64,000 nt of DNA from the human T2T-CHM13v2.0 reference genome, Homo sapiens: the NCBI RefSeq assembly GCF_009914755.1, contig NC_060934.1. The stretch is one strand, 5' to 3'. The position numbers were made by a program, and so were the translations under genes. This document shows positions 1 through 17,487 of the stretch, in pieces (the stretch's first letter is position 1; each line of letters opens with the position of its first letter). The notes under the pieces are model-generated. The model did not search any database. It was given only the letters and a program-made list of their open reading frames with translations, and had not been told where the DNA came from.

Positions 1-3950
<3,950 letters not shown>

Positions 3951-4007
3951 GAGACAACCAGTAGGCTGTTGTGACAAATTTATAGGTAAGTTCTATCAAG
4001 CCTTTAA

Positions 4008-4333
<326 letters not shown>

Positions 4334-4730
4334 TAAAGAACAAAACTCTTATCTGATGCAAATTCTTTAACAAAATAGATACGAAAAGGCTCCTGGACAC
4401 ATTTATGAAGCTAAATGAAACATATCAAAAGCAGATAAAGATAATATGTGAAGAAAATAAGAGTTTAATTTCATTTGTGCACACAGCTGGAAAAGATCTT
4501 AAGCACTCCCAAGCAAAATCTCACAATGCATAGTATTAAAAAATTAAAAAGACTTAAGTAGGTTTTATTTCAGAAATGAAAGGTGATGATACAGAAATCT
4601 ATTTCTGTATTTTACCATATTAACAGATTAAAGAAGGAAATTCATATGATCATTTCAACAGATACCAAAAAGGCAGCTGGAAACTATTCAATATTCACTC
4701 ATGCATTAAATTGTTTCTGAAAACTAGAAG

Positions 4731-5201
<471 letters not shown>

Positions 5202-5216
5202 CTAGAAAAGATGCTA

Positions 5217-5580
5217 TGTATCGTCCCTTTCCCATTCCACCCTTCTCCACCCAAGAGGCTGACTTGAATCAACTGCATCAATGAGATCCCTTGCCCTCTT
5301 GCCCTTACAAGACACAAACAAGAGACTGGAGGGTATGAGAAGAGTTGAGATCAGTTATTTACTTTTCTAGCTCCCTCCTTAACAGGTCATGTCTTCTCAT
5401 AAAAATTACCTTCCCTAGGCTCCAGGAACCATTCTCTCCACTTCAGGCCCAGGGATGGTATAACATTATAACATCTCTTGCAGGTTGCCATAAGCTCTAA
5501 CCTTACCTTTGTAAATAGTCCCTTTATGAAACCAACAGAGCATACCATTTGTTTCTTGACAAAATGTTGCCTCACACAGA
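5217..5580. mobile_element. Old MaLR LTR (MLT1-like)
   Basis: Degenerate resemblance to MLT1 motifs (cccttgccctc, caggcccagggatggta, gtaaatagtcccttt). Confidence 0.45.
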
Positions 5581-5836
5581 GGGTAATTTTAATTTCCTTA
5601 ACCTGAGAAGAAGTATCTACCATAAACACAGAAGAAGAATCTAAGAACTGAAATAGAATAGAAAATACTAGACTGCATCACATACAGTAAAGATACGCAC
5701 TGCTTTCCATGAAGCTTTTGTTTCCGTTACATACACACAGTGACTATGCTGTCAAATATGTGTCTTACTGTGAGTCACCACCAGAAAACTCTGAAAAACA
5801 CTTTGAAGACAACAAAACAAATCTTACCTCACTTAC

Positions 5837-5922
5837 CATATTATAGAATTCCAGCTCTCTTGGGCCCCTTGGAGGTGGTTGTAACTGTTTCAAAACTGTG
5901 CCATCTGGATGTTGCAGTATAC
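5837..5922 (-). CDS. IPMK: IPMK coding exon 2 (86 nt, G-ILQHPDGTVLKQLQPPPRGPRELEFYNM)
   Basis: Minus-strand acceptor ttccatAG (5923-5924) and donor GTAAGT (5831-5836). Phase matches exon 1 (190+86=276 nt=92 codons). The peptide continues the IPMK sequence. Not in the ORF track. Later exons lie left of the window. Confidence 0.96.
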
Positions 5923-6764
5923 CTATGGAACAAAAATCAGAAATTGTTTAATGCTTTAATAATAGTAAACCTTGCTTCATTAAATAGATTAGTTCCTGAA
6001 GTGACAGGTAAACTACTTCCATTAAACTTAAGGGTTTACTTTTACTTATTTCAGAAATTTTAACATTCAACCAACATGTTTCAGTACTTATTACAGCAAA
6101 GCACCAGAACACAAATTCCAAATGTCTTCATTTTAGTGTCTCCAACCACTACCTCTTTTGGCACCCTCGGGCTTTATAATACATAAAACATATGTGTCAA
6201 TTTATATAGAAAGTCCTCAGTAATAGGCTTTCTGTAAGATGTTAACTTATAGTTATAAGAAGCAAGTTAAAAGCAATAGCACGAATTGACCCCACTTTTA
6301 AAACCAGAAAAGAACATATGTGTTAACAGTGGCCATATATGAATTTCCTACTTGGTAATTTTTTATAAGTCTCTCTTGTCTAAAAGCAACTAAAATATTT
6401 GCTGATTCAAATGCACTGTATACAACTGTATAGATAGTACCAGGGCATCTAGCCAATGGGTAAAGTTAGGGCTGAAATCAGGCAACAAGCCTAGAGCAGG
6501 AAAGGGCACCTTTTTATAATCTGTCCATTCAAAGAGGGAGACTTTTTATGAAGTCATCATATATATACCAACACTGGTCCTACCCCTATGCCATGAAGAC
6601 TCATTCCAAATTTATACGTCAAAATCTTAAATTTTGATGTGTTGGGATTTTATAAAATCATGCTAGCTAGAATATGGCTCAAATAAACATATTTAGAATT
6701 TCAATTAAATATGCCACTTGAGTTTCCTTTTCTTTTTGGCAAGTGTTAGGAATTTTTTTCTTTC

Positions 6765-6868
6765 TATCAGATAGGTAATGTGCTAACACTGTAACAAGAC
6801 TGGAGTGAGGCATATCTCACACATGAGCATGAAAATTCAATCATTGTGCTTATGAACTACAAAAGGAT
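6765..6868 (-). pseudogene. U13 (SNORD13) snoRNA retrocopy
   Basis: Minus strand reads ATCCTTTTGTAGTTCATAAGCACAATGATTGAATTTTCATGCTCATGTGTGAGATATGCC...CTTGTTAC...GCACATTACCTATCTGA, colinear with U13. A-rich tail and approximate TSD tag(g)aattttt. Box D CTGA is intact, box C is degraded. Confidence 0.9.
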
Positions 6869-6985
6869 CTAGAATTTTTAATAATGGCAAAAATGCAGAA
6901 TTCAGCCAACAGAAGCAGAAAGTCTCAAGAGATACAGAAATCAAGTTTGTTTTTTGTTTTTTTTTAATCTTAAGACTTAGATATA

Positions 6986-7284
6986 GGCCAGGCATGCTGG
7001 CTCACACCTGTAATTCCAGCACTTTGGTAGTCTGTGGCTGGAAGAGTTTGAGATGAGTCTGGGTAACATAGCAGACCCTGTTTCTACAAAACATTTAAAA
7101 AAGAAAATTAGCTGGGCATGGTGGCATGTGTCTATAGTCCCAGCTACTCAGGAGAATGAGGTGGGAAGATGGCTTGAGCCCAGGAGTTTGAGGCTGCAAT
7201 TAGCTATGATCAGGCCACTGCACTTCAACCTGGGCGACAGAGCGAGAGCCCCTCTCTAAAAATATTTGTTCAAAATTTTAAAAA
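6986..7284 (+). mobile_element. AluJ
   Basis: Diverged Alu dimer with TSD tagatatag. Confidence 0.88.
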
Positions 7285-9632
7285 GGCCTAGATATAGAAT
7301 AGAAGGTAGGTAAATATTAATCTTTCTGTATAAGACTGGTTGGTAAACAGTCAAAAGACTTCAAAGAGTAGTCCAATATAACTAAAAATTTCTGAAGAAG
7401 AATTCTGTTCCTGAAGGTTCAGATGGAGCACAAGAAAGGCCTTTATTCCCATGGTTATAACATTTTCTGTGGGGCTTAAAATGAGTAAAGAAGCTTTGAT
7501 GAATAGAATTCCAGAGGAAAATAAAAATTGAACTTTCATAAGTAAGCAGAGAACCATGACAGCTTCCCTGCCTTGGGGCAAACACCTTGGTCTAGATACA
7601 GGTGATCTTCCCATTAGACAAATACATTTTATCAGGCAAGCAGTAATCAGCCAAGCGGTAGACAACAGCATGGGATAGCAGGATGGATTAGAGACTGTAA
7701 TAATCCCAACACAAAAAGAGATTGCTTCGTCCAATATGTCTCCCATATTACTCACCCTGCAACATAACCCCTCACGTTTGAGAAGACAGAAGGTGGTAAT
7801 CTCGGCATTCTCTAGGTGAGTGAATTCCAGGATCCAAATAAACCAACAGTAAACCAACAGTATCTGAGCCTGCAACCAAATCCCCACCCCCAGCTCAAAA
7901 ACTGTCAAGATAAAAAAGGAGGCACCTTGGAATGCTGAGCCAATAACAGATACACTGAAACTGAGACTGCAGCCTAGCACTAGCTCAACTAAACTCAGTC
8001 CCTTACCCTAAACACAGGAAAGGGCATGTACTGCACGGGGGATCAAAACAAAACAAAAAATAGTACACATCACTTCCCACGGTTCTTTAAATAAAATGCC
8101 CTAGATTCAAGAAAAAATTATGACACATACTCAAAATATCAGGAAAACATAAAGCACAATCAAGAGAAAACATAATAGGAGATGACACACAGATGACCAA
8201 GTCATTGTAATTAGCAAGCAAGCATGTTAAAACAAAAAGTATAAATATGCTAAAGAAACAATAGAAAAAGATGAATGCAAATGCTAAACAGATTAGGTAT
8301 TTCAGGAGATAAACTACAAAAAAAAACTCTAAAACTGAAAAGGCACAGTATCTGAAATAAAAAATTTAATTAATGGGATTTAATCAACAGATAAACAATC
8401 ACAGAGGAACAGAGCAATGAACATTCACAAAGACCAATACAAAATATCTAAATTAAAGAAAATACAGAAAAGTATCTAAAAAGAAAAAAAAAATGTATAG
8501 AGCATTAGAAACCCATAAGGTAATACCAAGAGTTTTTAACAAATGTGTAGTTGGGGTCCCATAAAGAGAAAAGAGAATGGGCCAGAGAAAAAATTCTGGG
8601 CTTTCAAGTTTCCACCTAGGATATAGAAAGCTGGAAGAAGCATTGCTCCCACCTAAAAGCAAGAAAAAGCTAGATAATCTACAAAATCATAACTTTTCAC
8701 GAAACCATCAAAGTGTTGAGATAATAACCAACAGACTTGAAATCTAAAGGAAGACATACACCACGAAAAAAAAAAAAAAAAGACAAATGAGAGCACTGAC
8801 TCACCCATGGAGCGGAATGGGAAGGTGGGGTTACCTTACAAGGGGGTTAGAATAATAAAGCTAAAATTTTTAACAAATAGCTAATGGCAAAGTGTAGATT
8901 CCAGTGAGGGTATAGAACTCCCAGAAGTTGCAAACACTTGCAGCATTTTCTTCCAGGCCGTCAAGAAAAAGACTGGAGAGAGGCAGAAAGCCAGAAAAAG
9001 TGACCATCAGAGGTACAGGCATTAAGGAAGTGAAGCACCACTACTAAAAAAGACCCTTTTCCCCTCTGGATCAAAAGTCTTAAGTTGTTGAGGTAAGAGC
9101 AGCAAATCATGTTGTCCCCAAGAAACAAGTGACAAGCCATTGTGGATGGCAGAAGAATAAAGAAAAATATTCTCCAACCCTGGGAGGGTGAAGGAAGACA
9201 GGAAATCATATGCAGTCCTAACTTTAGAGGTCTCCTACTGCTGGGGGTGGGAAGGAAACTCATACAAACGACTTGCTGAAGGCAGAAGGCAGTCTGACTT
9301 CTACAGGAAAGAGGGGCAGGATACCTGAACAAGTCCCATTCCCCAAAACTTAGGATCACAGAGCCTACCTAACATTGAATCTGGGCCAAGACAATAGAGG
9401 ATACCTCTGCAGCCTAGCACCAGGGTAGCTATCACCAAGTAAAAAATAATAGTAATCTACATTTGCGGGAGGGGCACGAACATAGAGAAAACCACCTCTG
9501 AGGCCTAGGTGCACAAAGAAGACCTAAAGTAGACAGTTAAACAGAAATACTGAGAAAAATCCTCTGGCAAATCAGACCCACCCTAAACAAAAGACGACAC
9601 TAGCAGAATTTCAAATCTGTGGTGCACTGACA

Positions 9633-10003
9633 GTATTTTAGTCAGCCAGGGTTTGCATAACAAAATGCCATAGACTGAGCAGCTTAAACCACAGAAATTT
9701 ATTTTTCCATATTTCTGAAGGCTAGAAGTCCCAGACCAAGGTGCTGGGAGATTTGGTTCCTAGTATGGACTCTCTTAGCTTGTAGAAGGTCACCTTCTCA
9801 CTGTGTTCTCACATGGCAGACAGCTAACTCTCTAGTGCCTTTTCTTATAATGATACATTCTGTTGGTTCAAGACTTAACCCTTATGACCTCATTTAACCT
9901 TAATTACCTCCATAAAGGTGCAATCTCCAAATATGATTACATTTACAGGGGAGGGGGGCTTCAACATATGAATTTTAAAGGACACAAACACTCAGTCCAT
10001 AAC
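9633..10003. mobile_element. MLT1A-like MaLR LTR
   Basis: tattttagtc...ataacaaaatgccatagactg...ggctagaagtcc...cagtccataaca. Confidence 0.75.
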
Positions 10004-10343
10004 AGAAACCAACTATAACAACAATACTTACATTTATCTCAACTCCTCATTAGATTGGTTCAAATCACCAACATTACCAGTCAAGCAGAAGAGGTATAAT
10101 CATTTCAGTAACAAATACTGTTGGCTTCAGTTTGCTACAGTCCTACACATGATGCCCACCAGAATTTAATAAAAATTACAACAGATAAAAAAGCAAGGAA
10201 AATAATACCGTCAACAAATACAGCAAAATACAGACCAGTATCAGAAATGACAGTGATGTTAAAATAATCAGACAGGGGAACTTAACCATAATTAATATGT
10301 TAAAGCTGTAATAGAAAAAGTACACAACATGGATGAAAAGACA

Positions 10344-10612
<269 letters not shown>

Positions 10613-10865
10613 TCAGAGAGAAACTTTAAGAACTTAGTGGAAATAGTAGAAATAAAATACATGGTATAACAGAGATGAAGAAAGCTTTCTACAGGCTCAT
10701 CACTATACTCAAATCAACCAAGGAGAGAATCAGTAAATTTGGTGTCAGATAAATAGAAATTATACAAATTGAAACACAAAGGGAGAAAAAATAAAAAGGA
10801 AGGAGAAATCAGAAGAAAGCATCCCAGATCTATAGAATAATATCAAACAGTCTATGATAACTATC

Positions 10866-11234
10866 TGATATGGTTTGGTTCTGTATGCCCACCCAAATCT
10901 CATGTTGAATTGTAATCCCCTGTGTTGGGGGAGGGACTTGGTGGGAGGTGACTGGATCATGGGGACAGATATCCCCCTTGCTGTTCTCATGATGGTGAGT
11001 TCTCATAAGATCTGGTAGTTTGAAAGTGTGTAGCACTTCCCCCTTCTCTCTCTCTCTCCCTCCTACTCTGCCGTGTAAAGAAGGTGCTTGCCTTCCACCA
11101 TGATTGAAAATTTCCTGAGGCCTCCCCACCCATGCCTCCTCTACAGTCTGTGGGACTGAGTCAATTAAACCTCTTTTCTTCATAAATTACGTCTCAGGTA
11201 GTTCTTTATAGCAGTGTGAAAATGAACTAATACA
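10866..11234 (+). mobile_element. MSTA/THE1-type MaLR solo LTR
   Basis: TGATATGGTTTGG...ACTAATACA with a perfect 5-bp TSD CTATC (10861-10865 and 11235-11239). Confidence 0.9.
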
Positions 11235-11478
11235 CTATCCTAGGAAAAAAATCAGAGAAAGGCACACCCATGTTGATTATAACATTATTTACAATAGCTG
11301 AGAAGTGGAAGCAACTTCTATGTCCATTGACAAATGAAAGGGTAAAAAAAAAGGGGTATAGGCATACAATAGAATGTCATTCATTATTTTGTATGTATAC
11401 ATGCATATGCATTGCATGGATGGATATACATTGTATATGTATACAATAGAATGTCACTGCCTTTAAAAAAAGGAAAAT

Positions 11479-13205
11479 CCCTCTCCCTCTCCCTCTTTCT
11501 ACGGTCTCCCTCTCTTGCGGAGCCTGGACCGTACTGCCATGATATCAGCTTGCTGCAACCTCGCTGCCTCGGGCTCGGGTGATTCTCCTGCCTCGGCCTG
11601 CCGAGTGCCTGTGATTCCAGGCACGTGCCGCCACTCCTGACTGGTTTATATATTTTTGGTGAAAACGAGGTTTCCCCGTGTTGACTGGGCTGGTCTCCAG
11701 CTCCTGGCCTCGGGTGATTAGCCCGCCTCGGCCTCCCGAGGTGCTGGGATTGCAGACGGAGTCTCGCTCACTCAATGCTCAATGTTGCCCAGGCTGGAGT
11801 GCAGTGGCGTGATCTCGGCTCGCTACAACCTCCACCTCCCAGCCGCGTGCCTTGGCCTCCCAAAGTGCTAAGATTACAGCCTCTGCCCACCCGCCACCCC
11901 ATCTAGGAAGTGAGCAGCATCTCTGCCTGGCCGCCCATCGTCTGGGATGTGAGGAGACCCTCTGCCCGGCCGCCCCATCTGGGAAGTGAGGAGCGCCTCT
12001 GCCCGGCCACCACCCCGTCTAGGAAGTGAGGAGCGTCTCTGCCCGACCGCCCATCGTCTGGGATGTGAGGAGTGCCTCTGCCTGGCCGCCGCCCCGTCTG
12101 GGAGGGGAAGGGCGTCTCTGCCCGGCTGCCCCGCCTGGGAAGTGAGGGGCACCTCTGCCCGGCCGCTCTTCGTCTGGGAGGTGGGGAACGTCTCTGCCCG
12201 GCCGCCCCGTCTGGGAAGTGGGCGCCTCTGCCTGGCCACCCTGTCTGGGAGGTGAGGGGCGTCTCTGCCCGGCCGCCCCGTCTGGGAGGTGAGGAGCGCC
12301 TCTGCCCGGCCACCCCACCTGGGAGGTGAGGAGCGCCTCTGCCCGGCTGCCCTTTGTCTGGGAGGTGGGGAGCGCCTCTGCCCAGCCGCCCCGTCGGGGA
12401 AGTGGGCGCCTCTGCCCAGCCGCCCCGTCTGGGAAGTGAGGAGCGCCTCTGCCCGGCCGCCCCCTCTGGGAAGTGGGGGGTGCCTCTGCCCGGCCGCTCC
12501 TCGTCTGGGAGGTGGGGAGCGCCTCCGCCCAGCCACCCCGTCTGGGAGGTGAGGAGCACCTCTGCCCGGCCGCCGCCCCGTCTGGGAAGTGAGGAGCGCC
12601 TCTGCCAGGCCGTCCCGTCTGGGAAGTGTACCCAACAGCTCCGAAGAGACAGCGACCATCAAGAACAGGCCATGATGACGATGGTGGTTTTGTCGAAAAA
12701 AAAGAAAAGGGGGAAATGTGGGGAAAAGAAAGAGAGATCAGATTGTTACTGTGTCTGTGTAGAAAGAAGTAGACATAGGAGACTCCATTTTGTTCTGTAC
12801 TAAGAAAAATTCTTCTGCCTTGGGATGCTGTTAATCTATAACCTTACCCCCAACCCCCTGCTCTCTGAAACATGTGCTGTGTCAACTCAGGGTTAAATGG
12901 ATTAAGGGCGGTGCACGATGTGCTTGGTTAAACAGATGCTTGAAGACAGCATGCTCATTAAGAGTCATCACCACTCCCTAATCTCAAGTACCCAGGGACA
13001 CAAACAGGGCCAAAGGCCGCAGGGACCTCTGCCTAGGAAAACCAGAGACCTTTGTTCTCATGTTTATCTGCTGACCTTCTCTCCACTATTATCCTATGAC
13101 CCTGCCACATCCCCCTCTCTGAGAAACACCCAAGAATGATCAATAAATACTAAAAAAAAAAAAATAATAAAATAAACAAATTAAAATAAAAAAATTAAAA
13201 AATAC
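11479..13205 (+). mobile_element. Structurally complete SVA retrotransposon, probably SVA_A
   Basis: (CCCTCT)3 head, Alu-like region 11500-11880, GC-rich VNTR ~11880-12627, SINE-R ~12630-13150, AATAAA at 13142, A-tail. TSD AAAAAGGAAAAT (11467-11478 and 13206-13217). The segment ctccgaagagacagcgaccatc is what I recall as typical of SVA_A. Confidence 0.95.
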
Positions 13206-13436
13206 AAAAAGGAAAATTATGTCTTATGCTAAAGCATGGATAAAACTTAAAGACATTATGCTAAGTGAAATAAGCCAGTGTAACAAAAAGATAAATACTA
13301 CATGATTACACTTATAGGAGATATTTAAAGCAGTTAAATTCTTAGAAAACAGAAAATAGAATGATAGCTGCCAGGGGCCAGGAGAAGGGAGAAAAGAGTT
13401 GTTCAGTGGACATGAGTTTTAAAAGATGAAAAAGTA

Positions 13437-13727
13437 GGCTAGAAAATAATGGCTCATGCCTATAATCCCAGTACTCTGGGAGGCCAAGACAGCCGGATCA
13501 CGAGGTCAGGAGTTCAAAACCATCCTGGCCATCATAGTGGAACCCCGTCTCTACTGAAAGCACAAAAATTAGCCAGGGGTGGTACCACATGCCTGTAATC
13601 CCAACTACTCGGGAGGCTGGGGTAGGACAATCGCTTGAACACAGGAGGCGGATGCTACAGTGAGCTGAGGTCATGCCACTGCACTCCAGCCTGGGTGACA
13701 GAGGAAGACTCTGTCTCAAAAAAAAAA
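13437..13727 (+). mobile_element. AluS
   Basis: Alu dimer with TSD aaaagatgaaaaagt (13421-13435 and 13728-13742). Confidence 0.9.
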
Positions 13728-13736
13728 AAAAGATGA

Positions 13737-15932
<2,196 letters not shown>

Positions 15933-16338
15933 GAATTAGAAATGCAAGGCTTTTGATATACATAGAATAAACTCTCACATTAAAAGGAGTAATGGGATGA
16001 ATTAAAATTTGGAAGTAAAGCCCTCTAATTAGCTAGTGGATATCCACAGCTTGCTCCACAGCTACAGACTTTTTCCTTTATGTATGTGTTGCCCCTTTTT
16101 TCTCTTTACTAAATGAACACCTATATTAAAAACAAAGTCATCCTTCTATGATTATGCAAGTTGCACATGCTCCTTGTGAAAAATCGGGGAAAAGTGCAAA
16201 GAATAAAAAACATAAAGGGCTACAACCCACCACCTACTGATAAACACTGTTTATACTTCACTTCAGTCTATTTTATGTGATAATAAAGTATATTATTATA
16301 CTTTAAAACTTAAAGTATAATAATAATGAATTTAAAAA
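15933..16338 (+). other. Extra segment enclosed by the L1 TSDs (probable 3' transduction)
   Basis: TSD AAAAAGTCCCAGAGA at 13736-13750 recurs only at 16339-16353. AATAAA at 16282-16287 and a second A-tract at 16334-16343. Confidence 0.8.
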
Positions 16339-17337
16339 AAAAAGTCCCAGAGATCTGTTGCACATCAATGTGCATGTAATTAAGAATACTGTACATTTAA
16401 AAATGGCCAAGATGGCAAACTGTGTTTTTTAACAAAATTAAAAATGTTGTATATTCAGCAGGATTACAAATATTAAAAATAAATGCACGCTAAAATTTCT
16501 ATCTGCAGAAGGCATTTTCTAAATTTTTTTGATACATAACTGTACATATTTATGTGTGTGCACATATATTTATTTTGATATGTGCTTACAATGTGTAATG
16601 ATCAAATAAGGGCAATCAGTGTATCCATCACCTCAAACACATAATTCATTTGTGTTGGGAACATATCAAATATTCTCTTCTAGCTATTTTGAAATATACA
16701 TTTTTGTGAACTATAATCACCCTATCGTGCTATTAAACACTAGAACTTATTCCTTCTAAGTGTATTTTTGCACCCGTTAAACAACCTCTCTTCATTCCTC
16801 CCAACAACCTTTCCCAGCTTCTGGCAACCATGATCCTACTCTCTACCACCATGAGATCAATGTTTTTAGCTCCCTCATCTGAATGAGGTCATGTGTTATT
16901 CGTCTTTCCATGCCTGGTTTATTTCACTTCATATAATGAGCTCCAATTCCATCCATGTTGCTGCAAATGACAGGATTTCATTCTTTTCTATGGCTGAAAA
17001 ATATTCCATTATGAACCACATTTTCTTTATCTATTCATCTGTTGTGGACACGTAGGTTGATTCTATATCTTGGCTATTGTGAATATAGCTACAATAAACA
17101 GGTGAGTACAGATATCTCTTCAACATACTGATTTCTTTTGGATATATATTCAGAAGCAGGAATGCTGGATCATATGGTAGATTTATTTTTAGTTTTTTGA
17201 GGAACTTCCATACTATTTCCCAAAGTGGCTATACTAATTTACATACCTAACAACTGTGTAGTAGTGTTCTCTTTCTCCACATCCTTGGCAGCATCTGCTA
17301 TCCTTTCACTGTTTTAAAAAGATGTATATGTTGTTGT

Positions 17338-17487
17338 TGTTTTTGAGATAGGGTCTCTCTCTGTAACACAGGCTGGACTGCAGCGGCACAATCATAGCTC
17401 ACTGCAGCCTCCATCCTCAGGGCTCAAGCAATCCTCCCACCCCAGCCTCCCAGGGCTGGGATTATAAGCATAAGCCACCATGCTCAG
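17338..17487 (-). mobile_element. Alu monomer/fragment (FLAM/AluJ)
   Basis: Antisense Alu arm of about 150 bp. Confidence 0.8.

Noticed and set aside
7351-7980. 209-aa minus-strand ORF
   Set aside because: Non-ATG start, no recognisable domain, and it lies opposite A-rich, probably old-L1-derived sequence.
11874-12803. Multiple long Arg/Gly/Pro-rich ORFs (up to 262 aa) on both strands; the array superficially resembles a CRISPR-like repeat
   Set aside because: These are read-throughs of the stop-poor SVA VNTR. Units are contiguous with no unique spacers.
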